A stretch of DNA of 64,000 nt. Origin: Octopus sinensis (taxonomy: Eukaryota). The stretch covers positions 41,168,001 to 41,232,000 of the forward strand of contig NC_043006.1 in assembly GCF_006345805.1 (NCBI RefSeq), in the 5' to 3' direction. Below, one piece after another: positions 53,001 through 64,000 of the stretch (the stretch's first letter is position 1; every line of letters starts with the position of its first letter). Under the pieces are notes generated by a model. The model worked only from the letters and a program-made list of their open reading frames with translations. It was not told the origin of the DNA and made no database searches. The position numbers and the translations under genes were made by a program.

Positions 53001-53233
53001 ATTTCTTTTTGGGGATTTGGTTTGCAAGATTCTTTATGTGAGTTCGTGTGTTGAAGCATATACTGTTGTGTCTGGGGAGAGTCATTCTCTTTTAGTGCCT
53101 TATAATTTAACACACTCACCGGTAAAATTTCCACTTAGAAAAACGAAGAAGGAAATAAGTGGAAATTTTACCGGTGAGTGTGTTAAATTATAAGGCACTA
53201 AAAGAGAATGACTCTCCCAGACACAACAGTATA
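53001..53233. repeat. Foldback repeat family H, copy 2: 79/78-bp near-perfect inverted repeat
   Basis: 53059-53137 vs 53156-53233, identical except for one indel; 18-nt spacer. Confidence 0.95.
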
Positions 53234-53594
53234 ATTAAATATGATATAGCTATAATATGAAAACTCAATCAAAACAAGCCAACCGAAAATAGTGAAGACA
53301 GAGTGCTTCTTAGAAACCGAAAGGAAAAAAGTTTCACAATCTTTATATATTTCAGGTATAGATGCACATTACAAGAAAGAACGTAGTCAAGAAAGTTTAG
53401 TCTATACGGTACCGATTTACACTTTATCACAATTCTTCAACCAAGCTACAACGCTCTATTTATTGTTAAATTTGTCAAGTTCCTGTCAAATATCTTCTCC
53501 ATTGTATATCGAAAAATAAATGCTTGCTTCACTTAGAAACCATTTTCTGAAACTAGAAAGAAGAAAAAAAGAATTAGTTATTAATTATTTGCAC

Positions 53595-54150
53595 ACATAT
53601 TCTTTTCTACTCTAGGTACAAGGCCAAAAATTTGGGGGAGGGGGACCAATCGATTAGATTGACCCCAATACGTAAATGGTGCTTAATTTATCGACCCCGA
53701 AAGGAATTTGAATTCAGAAATTTGCACACGTATTCCTTTGATATTTCAGTTTGAGGCTGGTTACGTTTCTCTAACTTTAGGCGTGACTGTGTAGTTAAGA
53801 AGTTCGGTTTGCAACCACGGAGTTTTGGGTCCGACTAATGCTTGGTGAGTGAATTTGGTAGACAGAAACTGTGTGGAAGCTCGTCATAAATACACACGCA
53901 CACATATATGTGTACTTAGGTGTTGATTTTTTGTTTTTGTTTGTCACCCCATTTGCTTGATAATCGGTGAAGGTTTGTTAACATCCTCGTAAAATGACAA
54001 TTTGACAATAGGGACCGATACAGTAGGTGCCAGGTGTAAAAATATAAAATAACACAGGAGTTGATTTGCTTGACTAAAAAAATAAAGAAGACAAAACATT
54101 CAGTGTCCCAGGATGGCCGCAGTCCAATGATTGAAACAAGTAACATATAT
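53595..54150. mobile_element. SINE-B fragment (minus, 53595-53720) followed by a decayed SINE-A (plus, 53775-54150)
   Basis: aatttatcgaccccgaaagg; then gtgagtgaatttggtagacagaaactg...ggatggccgcagtccaatgattgaaacaag. Confidence 0.65.
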
Positions 54151-55079
54151 TAGGGAAAAAATCATAAATAAATAGATATAATTCAACACAAAAGTTTAAA
54201 CTTAGAATTTCTTCATTCTGGTAGCATCTTTCTATGAAATTTATTACAATTTATTACAATTAAATTGGTAGAGGGTTTGAACCAAACTTCAGAAAGCAGG
54301 TACGGGAAGATGAGTGGTTGCTGCTAACTGATGTTAAGCAATAGAAGTAGCAAACAAAGCAAGGAAATTCTAATATAAGTGTACAGAAAGGAATAGAAAG
54401 ACTGTTAGACAAAGAGAAATTATAGGTTATTCACTAGGATAATATTCTAACAATGAGAGACGTTTGTTGAGAAGTAGTTGAAGCTTAAGGCTAAATGTGT
54501 TTTGTTCTAATTGTGACAGCATTGAATTTGGTTTTAGCACCTGTAAGTTCGATGATATAGTTATGCACACACACACACACTGGCGCGTATGCACGCACAT
54601 ACATATATGTATATGGTATGTGATAAAAGTTAGAGTTACCGTCGGAAAGATATAGATGAAGAAGCTTACAAGAATACAGGCGCCATTGCGCCTCCACACA
54701 CACACACACATACATACACCAAATGACCGGCGGTGCATTAAAACCCCAGTAGCGTATTATGCAGTAACGACATCCACAACAAGCCTAGTTAAAGGAATGA
54801 ATATATAATATAACAACATTTCATTTCCTCTTTTTAAGAATATAACATTGTAAATACCGGTATCAAAAGTTACTACCGTTCTCTGTACGCGACCAGATAT
54901 GTAGAAGCTGTTTTCTGCATACAATTCAAAGTAATAACCGATTTGCTTCACTTACGTCACTAATAGCATTTTAAAAGGACGTCGCATAGTCCCCATTTTA
55001 CTTCTGTTTGACTTGTGCTTTGAACCAAGACTAAAAATCAATAATATATGTATAAATTATTTTTCTCTCTCTTTGCCTA

Positions 55080-55125
<46 letters not shown>

Positions 55126-56378
55126 CAAACTATATTCTGCTCTAGCTAATTCACTATTTAATTAACGACGCAGAATGGAACATATAGACACCGATATCAA
55201 TGGAAGCAATAATTATAAGCAAATATTTCATTAGAAGGATGTTTATGATGTGTCATAGTATGATTTCGTTTAACAAAGAAGCTTATATAATGAGACGTGT
55301 TTACGACTGCATCGATTCTAGAATATTACTGCAAGTTCTTAAATTAATAGCGTGTCGGTCTGACAAACAAAAGTTCGTAGTGTCTATGGTCGGTAATTTT
55401 AAGATTTATATATATTCGTCTAACGGTAAAAAAAAGTCATTTGTGTAGCACGCAAAAATAAAAGGTGTATATTTCGTTATTTCATTACCATCAACTCTTG
55501 CGTATTACGGTCTCGAGTCCTGAAGGGAGATCGGTCCCGAGCAGAATATAAATGCAAAACGTCTACTGCTTTGCTCAAGATCACAAAGCAGTGCTGGTAA
55601 TCGAAACTAGGCACTTGCGATTGCGACACTCCTAACCGTTAGGCCACAAATCGGGCGGACTTTTATTTGCGGGCTTGAATATAGATATTTTCCTGAAATT
55701 TTCTTTAAAAAAAAAAAAAAATCCTGCCTTTGATACACTTCATGAAAACAGTATTCAGTCACTTATATGTCTGTCTGTCTGACTGTCTGTGAATGTATTT
55801 GTGTCTTTATTTGTCATATTACCACAACCTGACAACCGGTATAGGCTTGTTTACGTCCACATAATTTAGCAGTTCGGCAAAGAGAAATGATAGAAAAAAT
55901 GCCGCACTTAAAACGAAGAAACATATGCACTGGGGCGGTGCTCCAGAATGGTCGAAGTCCAATGACTGAAACGAGTAAAATATAACGACAAAAGATGTTT
56001 AACAATGAACAATATGCTAATATGGACATAAAACTCCTAATTAGTAAGATAATCATATTTCTAATTAGTAACATAATCTTATTCCTAATTAGTAATAGGA
56101 AACGTAACGAATTATCGAACTTAAATCAATTTTCTTTCAATAATTAACCTCAATGACCAGATTTGATAATTTCAAATTGATTATTTTGTAACATTTCGTA
56201 TAAGTCGTCACCTCTAAGTATCTTTCCGCTCCAGTGAACTTTTCACTCACTTTCCTATCTCTTACTAAATCACTAATCCCACGTTATAAGTATATTTTGT
56301 TTATATTTCATGACCCATTACACTTAACGTCCATCTTCCATCTCCCCTGTTCTTGTAATGTCTTCATTATTTTAAATA

Positions 56379-56409
<31 letters not shown>

Positions 56410-56662
56410 CATATACACACACAAATATATGTATATACACGTATATATATATGCATACATACATACACACACACACACATATATATATATATAAATAAAA
56501 CATTATTGGTGAATTGAAGAAATGGAGCTGAACGCAGATTGAACAGAAATCGTTTACTGCTGTGATTTTTGCTACTAAGGTATCGGTTAACTTTTGATTA
56601 ATCTACAACAAGATTATTCATCTTTCTATTTCACATAATATATATAAATAAATATATATATA

Positions 56663-56695
<33 letters not shown>

Positions 56696-56707
56696 CATAC
56701 ACACACA

Positions 56708-56882
56708 TGCGTGGCTGTGTGGTAAAGAAACTTGCTTCCCAACCACATTGTTCCGGGCACCTTGGGTAAGAATTTTCTATTACAGCCTCAGGCTAACCAA
56801 TGACTTGTGAGTGGATTTGGTAGACGGAAATTGATAGAACCCCACCGTGTATATATATATATATAAATATAAATATATATAC

Positions 56883-56951
<69 letters not shown>

Positions 56952-57195
56952 GCATGTATGTATACACACACGCACACACACATATATATATGTACATATA
57001 CGTATATGTATATATATCTATACACACACACATACACATTCTGTGCGCATTTTTGTGCCACCCCTTGACAACCGGTTTTGGTGTGTTTGCGTCCTCGTAA
57101 CTTAGCGGTACGGTAAAAGTGACTATATAATAAGTATCAGGCGTAAAAAAGAAGTAATTGAAGGTGGTGCCTCTGCGTGGCCACAATCTAATGAC
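56708..57195 (+). mobile_element. SINE family A with an expanded internal (TA)n
   Basis: gtggctgtgtggtaaagaaacttgcttcccaaccac...gtgagtggatttggtagacggaaa...ttgacaaccgg...taacttagcgg. Confidence 0.85.
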
Positions 57196-57269
57196 CATGT
57201 GTGCATCTAAGCGGTTCCCCGCCGGTGTACAAATCTGTGCGGAAAGTCACAACCTAGGGTTGTTTATAT

Positions 57270-57520
57270 GAAAGACCAGCAGTCACCCATGCATTCAAGT
57301 CTCACCCTTTCCACGCCACCGATGGTATCCGAGAGAAAGGCAAAGGGGCCGATACAGCTTGGCACCACTGACGTCGCAACTCATTGCTACAGCTGAGTGA
57401 ACTGGAGCAAAGTGAAATAAAGTGTCTTGCTCAAGAACACAACATGCAGCCCGGTCCGCGAATCGAATTTACAACCTCACGATCGTAAGCTCGATGCTCA
57501 AACCACTAAGGCCATGCGTC

Positions 57521-57525
<5 letters not shown>
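57270..57525 (-). mobile_element. tRNA-derived SINE (D-related head, different body)
   Basis: Minus strand gtgaagacgcatggccttagtggtttgagc...aaattcgattcgcggaccgggctgcatgttgtgttcttgagcaagacac. Confidence 0.75.
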
Positions 57526-57568
<43 letters not shown>

Positions 57569-58640
57569 CACACGTAAGCATGTATATATATATATAATTT
57601 TAGCGGTGTATCTTCCTATAAAGAGTAACTTGCATTTTGCGCGAAAACCTCTAACATAAAAAGAAGTCGAAGGCCCAAGGCACCCTGCGAGTCTCACGCA
57701 GTTTATCTATATTTGTATTATTGATATAGACTATCTTGCTTCTAAGGTGAAAATGTGTAATTTGAGAGAAGCGGAACAAAAGTTACTTTAGTGCAACTGG
57801 TTGTTATGTCTATCATAAATTGCTGTTTGAGTCCTGCAGGTAACCTTCCGTATTTCTTCCCACATTGCCTATGAGTTTATATAACTTAATATATTACAAG
57901 CTGTTATTTATAGACTTATTCATTTCGCGATAATCGTTTAAACAATTTGCTTACATATTTTCGTACCTGCCACACTCGCCTCACTAGGGCGAAAGAATAG
58001 TTAGAAAATTATTCCACGAAAGCGATGGTGAAGAAAGCTATGACATTATATAGTGATGAAAACAATATTCTCACTTGCTTTATAAATTTACTAGAAATAT
58101 CAGGCGACTATGGAGAAGTGTGAAATTCCTGTATATTTCGTTTCCCACTTTTGCCAATTTATCTCTCATCATAAAAGCGATATCTACTGAAAAATCTGTA
58201 TTCAGCAGGCAAATGGCCACTGCTGGTTTGATGTGTCACTGACACGTCCTATCGGAAGACGAACTCTTTAATGCTTACAGAAGGAGACGTAAACAGATAC
58301 GAGATAATTTCACTCATTTAAGAATGTTCAATTACTTAGTTTGAGGTACACAATATACATTTGCACAGTGATTTAACTAATGTTTATAATATATTGATGC
58401 TTACACGCATATAGACATATACATCCACAAATTCAGACATATGCCTGCATATACGTTTATGCACGTACACGCACACACATACACACGCATATATATGCCT
58501 GTATGTACATATATATATATGTGTTTACACACATATATGGTTATATGTTTGTATATATGTATGTATATATTTTATATCTATATATCTATATACACATACG
58601 CACACACACACACACACAATGACTCAATGTATATATAAAC

Positions 58641-58680
<40 letters not shown>

Positions 58681-58684
<4 letters not shown>

Positions 58685-59246
58685 GTTGTCTACCTCTTAT
58701 GCAGAGTTTGACCACCTCCTGTACCTACACCTTAGCACCATCATGGCATCTGATGTGGCTTTTTAAACTAGACGATGTTCTGAAAAGACACCCAGACAGA
58801 TTGCACATCCGATTTGGACCACCAAGATCTTCTGGTAAGTTCTAATCTTTGTGGATCTGAAAATGTCTTTTGGCGCCTCCGTTAGATTTGAAAATCCTAT
58901 GGCATACATTACATACAAAGGTGTGCACAGACATATAGGCAGAATAGTTGGTGGAGGTTCATTTTCAATGGGTTCGCAGATGAGATTTGAGTCCAGCAAA
59001 AGAAAGGCATAGTCTGTCGCAAACTGTGCACACGGAAAGGTCATTGTCATTCACCTTCTCGATCGTAAAATTCTTACTTAGATCTCTTTTGACTCTTACA
59101 TGCGTTATTCTGGCCTTTTCAAATGCTTTCACCCCACTCCACACTTTTGTTCGCCATCCAGCTCGATCCGAAGGAAGGGTTTCTTTGTCTTCGGGATCCA
59201 TTCAAGATGACTTCATAGTAGTCCTTATGCCGTCCTTAAACCTTTA
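58681..59246 (-). mobile_element. 3' end of an RTE LINE carrying three C2H2-type fingers
   Basis: RFKD...W....DR..WR.....G...FE, then fingers at 58968-59030, 58851-58913 and 58743-58805 in one frame with internal stops; short 3' UTR ending at (AT)n. Confidence 0.85.
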
Positions 59247-59250
59247 TATA

Positions 59251-59504
59251 TTGGGTTGGTGTATAATTATTGCGACTTGTTTTCAATAAATTTTATTCAA
59301 CAAAAACAATAACAACATGTAACAAGAACATCTTCAAATTATTACTCCGGAGCATATTCACCATCAGCTTCAATTACTGCTTCACATTTGCTTGGCAGAC
59401 GGTGAGACTATCATTTAAAGTTGTTTTTGCTAAATATTGTTATTGTTTTTGTAGAATAGAGTTTGTTGAAAAAAAAAATTCGCATTAATTATGCGCCAAC
59501 CCTA
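59251..59504 (-). mobile_element. Internally deleted mariner (cecropia/Hsmar1-like TIR), 254 bp
   Basis: TIRs ttgggttggtgtataattattgcg / cgcattaattatgcgccaacccta; TA at left and CA at right; the interior encodes the transposase end RLPSKCEAVIEADGEY. Confidence 0.8.
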
Positions 59505-59626
59505 CATATATATATATAAACATATACATTTTGATTTTATTCACTTTATTTCGCGCTGTGCGGATAATACCGGACTGACTTGGTGCTTCGACTTAAGTAT
59601 CAATTCAAGTGAATCGTAATTATTTC

Positions 59627-59661
<35 letters not shown>

Positions 59662-59904
59662 TCCAACTTGTGGAAGATGGAGCAGGAAAAATCTAGGCTA
59701 CATATCTTTACTAGCTAGCTCATCCTCTGATGTACTAATTACTCAATGCGGGTACTCAACTACCTACTCATTAGGCCGAGGATATGACGATTACGCTATT
59801 GTTCGGGAATCTCAAGTTAACTAACCATAGACGCAATTTGAAATGGGTGGCGAAGCCGGAAAAACAGAATACAAAACCAAGAAATCGATTATATGTGTGT
59901 ATAT

Positions 59905-60020
<116 letters not shown>

Positions 60021-60395
60021 AACACACCAGCATCTCACACTCCCAGTAATCCAGCTGCTATACCTCTTTAGCTTTACACTTCTACACATATACACATACC
60101 ACAAAAGAAAACTATGCACACTCCATTCCACCTGATGTCTACTCCAAAATACGGATATATTCCTCTACATATTCTCAAACATCCGCCTTTTTTCTCTCCT
60201 TAATTCCCCCAATAGAACCGTTTTCCCACCTGGCTCATAGCTTTTAGCCTTTTTCTTCACACCACTCTCACTCTTCCTCATGTTTCTACATTTTTCTTGT
60301 GATGAAGTACAAACGTCAGAAACGTTACCACTTTTCTCTTTTTAATCTTTAAGCTAATAAATCTTGTCGCTCTTGTGTTGACATTTTCCCTCTGC

Positions 60396-60426
<31 letters not shown>

Positions 60427-60430
60427 ACGA

Positions 60431-60461
<31 letters not shown>

Positions 60462-60467
60462 TTAGCT

Positions 60468-60650
60468 CGCTAGCGACTACACATTCTTTATTTTCTCTCC
60501 TTGTTTCTTTCTGTGTTCCTTTCTGTGGAAGACCGTAGGCTCGAAACGTTAAAGAGTTTTTCACTTCCCGAGCGTTATACTAATACATCTGTTTGTTGTC
60601 TACACCACCTGTCTTCGTCTTTTGTTTTCTTTTTGTGAATTCTCTCCCCC
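60468..60650 (+). mobile_element. Dispersed repeat family F, copy 2
   Basis: Homologous to 27190-27365; cttt-CTGTGGA-a-gacc-gtag-gctc-GAAACGTT-aaag. Confidence 0.65.
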
Positions 60651-61591
60651 CTATATATATATATATATATATGCACATGCATATACATTTATATACATAT
60701 ACATTTACATGCATATATACATATATGCACACACATGTACATGCTTACATAGTTCCTATATGCATTATATATAGCTTAGGAACGAGATGGATATTGAAAA
60801 TCTGAAATTTTCGATTACATTTTACCATATTTATCAAGCAAGCGAAGTTTGTTTTAATGTTTGTGTCATGACCGAACTTATTAATCTTACTTGCTAAATC
60901 GTTTCTCAGGCAACATCCATAATATTATAGCAAAAATTGGGGAAAAAATGGATAAATAATCGGTTAAAGCTTCATTAGTATTCACATGAAAAAATAATCA
61001 AGAAATCGCTGATTAGATTTTATATGAAAGAATTAATTATTTCATACAAGCAATATCTATAATCATATTCCCACCTACATTACAGCAGTTTTCTTCCCAC
61101 TCAGTTTTAAAGAACGGCAAAAGGCCTTTATGTGGCCACTTAAACTGCTAGTAATAGGCAACAGCACCTATCCTCTTAAAAGCAAGGAAAGCCAAGTTGG
61201 CTTATGTAGTCCTAAATACATTGCGTCTGAAAACTAGGAAGTTTAGATGTAGATGAAATATTTCACAATCTGTTTTCTTTCTCAGTGTTGACTTGGGAAT
61301 AAGCAACAAATTATTCGGTTTGTAGCTTTCAATATAATTTGTGATTTATATATTGAATTCTATTTACTTTTTGGAAGGAATCTATTATAAATTTGCGTGT
61401 TGAATGTGATTTATGATCTGCTTGTTGGATGTGGGTTTTTTTTTTATCACTACAGCGGATAGCTTCTGTCATTTGAATTGTAGCCCAGCAAACCAGATTA
61501 AAGCCGTTCATGGTAGAAGCATTCGGATGAGATTCATGGTTATTTCTTCATCCCTCTGGGTTCTTTTCCTGCACTTCATAAATATTAGTTT

Positions 61592-61780
61592 CACATAGTC
61601 CGAGGTGAGGGGTGAAATTAATTACATTGATCCCAGGGTTCAGCTGGTAATAATTTAATCCATTTCGAAAGGGAAAAGGGTAAAGTCGACCTCGGCGGAA
61701 TCCGAAATCAGAACGTAAAGACGGACGAAATATTGCCAGGAATTTTCACCGGCATGCTAACCATTCTGATAGCTCGTCGC
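61592..61780 (-). mobile_element. SINE family B
   Basis: aaagtcgacctcggcggaatccgaaatcagaacgtaaagacggacgaaat...ctaaccattctgatagctcgtcgc. Confidence 0.8.
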
Positions 61781-61869
61781 GCTCATTCTTTTATGAATAT
61801 TGAGGGTAAGTATCAGCAGTCTTGGAGGAATTGCGAAATGTTGTCTCTCCAGACTAACTTGAACATGTG

Positions 61870-62354
61870 ATCATGTGCTCGCTTAGCATTCATATGGTTC
61901 CGGGTTCAACCTACCGTCAACTCTACTGCGCGGCAGCATGGACAAGTGCTTTTACAAAAGGCCCGAGCCGACCAATCCTTGTTAGAGAATTTCACCGAAA
62001 CTGTGAAGAAGCCTGTTATATAATATTATATATATACGTATATATATAATATAATATCATATATATATATAAATGGCGGTGCCCCAGCATGGCCACAGCC
62101 CGTGAGCTGAAATTAGAATCAATCAATCAATCAGATCTATATATATATATATGTATTATATTATAATATTATATGTATAGTATATATAATATAATATTAT
62201 ATATATATGTATATATAATATAATATTATATATATATGTATTATAATATAATATTATTATATATGTATATATAATATTATATATATATATGTATGTATTA
62301 TATATATAATATTATATATATATGTATATATATATTATATTATATATATGTATA

Positions 62355-62385
<31 letters not shown>

Positions 62386-62494
62386 GTATATATATGAATA
62401 TTTATATGTATATATATATGTGTATATATATATGTATGTATGTATATTTACATATATGCATATATGTATATATACATTTATATATATATACATA

Positions 62495-62571
<77 letters not shown>

Positions 62572-62780
62572 GTTAGTGTGTATTTGTGCGCGTGTCCGAG
62601 TGTGTCTTCACTCGTTGCTTGAAAATCGGTGTTGGTTTGTTCACGTCCTCCTAGCCTAGCAGTTTAGCAAAAGAGACCAATAGAATAAGCGCCAGATTTG
62701 AAAAAAAATATAGGTACTCTTCTTGACGGTGCCCCAGTATCGCAGCATTTCAGTGACTGAAACAAGTACGAGATAAAGGT
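61870..62780 (+). mobile_element. Decayed SINE-A pieces around a TA microsatellite
   Basis: Head atggttccgggttcaacc...ggcccgagccgaccaa (about 61870-62010); tails ggcggtgccccagcatggccacag (about 62075) and aatcggtgttggtttgttcacgtcc...gactgaaacaag (about 62580-62780). Confidence 0.6.
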
Positions 62781-63307
62781 TAAAAAAGGACGCGATAAAG
62801 GTTACACGAGGGCAGCCTATCGAATAGGATCCAACTGTTAAATACTTGCTTCTCGATTGCGATCTGATGCCTTGATGTAATCTCGCTGTGGATATAATTC
62901 GCTCGTAGGATGTGTTTCAACTTTTGACAGTGCGTTGTGTTTGTTGCCATATTGCTGTCGGATTTAATATTCTGTAGGCTGTGATTTTATCCGTTCGAGT
63001 TAATCATTCTCTACATGTGATCTTCGTGTCAAATATAACTCATTTGTTTAATGTGTATTTTCCAGATAGATGTGACCTACCTATGCGATGGAAGTGCTCT
63101 GTTGCGTGTGATCTGTCGGCTTAGTGGGTTTTGATACATTGTTTCATGCTGAAATTTTTGGCTTCAAAACTGTTTAACCTTTAGTAATATTTGTATTCCT
63201 TTGTTTTTGTCTATTGTTAAATAACAGTTGAATAACTAGCACACAGTGTGGACTAGTATGAGCATCTCTCTCTCTCTCTCTATCTACATTCAAATAAATA
63301 CGTATAT

Positions 63308-63354
<47 letters not shown>

Positions 63355-63614
63355 TATATATACATACAAATATGTATGTATGTATATATATATATTATAA
63401 TCATGTACATGATCAAATGTACAGGTGTACACATGTATATTTGATCACGCACACACACACACATCCATGACACAAATATATATGTATAGTTGTGTACTTT
63501 GTGTATATATATATGCATATATATATATACACATATATATATATAGAATGTGTGTGCATATATATATACATGCAAATACACATTACTAAGCGTAAGTATA
63601 TATGTATGTTTTTG

Positions 63615-63628
63615 TCTATCTATCTATG

Positions 63629-63715
<87 letters not shown>
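63615..63715. repeat. (TATC)n microsatellite
   Basis: Directly visible. Confidence 0.95.
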
Positions 63716-63717
<2 letters not shown>

Positions 63718-63770
63718 AACTGTCTGTTTCTCTGCATGTCACTCTCATTATGTGTATGTGTGTGCATATG

Positions 63771-63802
<32 letters not shown>

Positions 63803-64000
63803 AGTATGTGTGTGTGTGTGCGTGTGCGTGCATATAATTTTGATCTGTTTTTGGTCTGTTTTCGCTAGCAAGCATAAAAGTACTCGGTACGAACCAATGC
63901 TGGAAGCATATTGAGGCTGGTATATATTTATTTATGTGTGATGCAACTATAGCAAAAATAAAGCCAGTTTTATATGCAATTTAGGGTTAAAGCAGTGATT

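Noticed and set aside
56036-56098. Three copies of a roughly 24-bp ctaattagtaa unit
   Set aside because: Short local tandem duplication without unique spacers; not CRISPR-like, and no CRISPR array was seen anywhere.

Overview
AT-rich, repeat-dense animal DNA, probably intergenic or intronic. The SINE families, RTE/Tx1/R4-type LINE remnants and long (TA)n/(CA)n tracts match what I recall of octopus genomes; I cannot verify the species here. No intact host protein-coding gene could be supported, and almost all ORFs in the track are microsatellite translations. Content: many tRNA-derived SINEs (my in-window labels A, B, D), four Tc1/mariner-type transposase remnants, several MITEs and foldback palindromes, and non-LTR retrotransposon fragments. 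There is also an intronless phospholipase D (PLD1/2-like) fragment with an in-frame stop. Most notable: (1) two L1/Tx1-like insertions at the same position just after the A box of SINE-A, one with a clean 10-bp target-site duplication, suggesting a LINE that targets a SINE; (2) three minimal type-I hammerhead ribozyme motifs with palindromic helix III, plus two degenerate copies, as in Penelope/retrozyme biology; (3) the PLD retrocopy fused to an unrelated GC-rich segment; (4) an RTE LINE tail with three C2H2 fingers. Ends of decayed repeats are approximate; TIR, TSD and ribozyme coordinates were read base by base.
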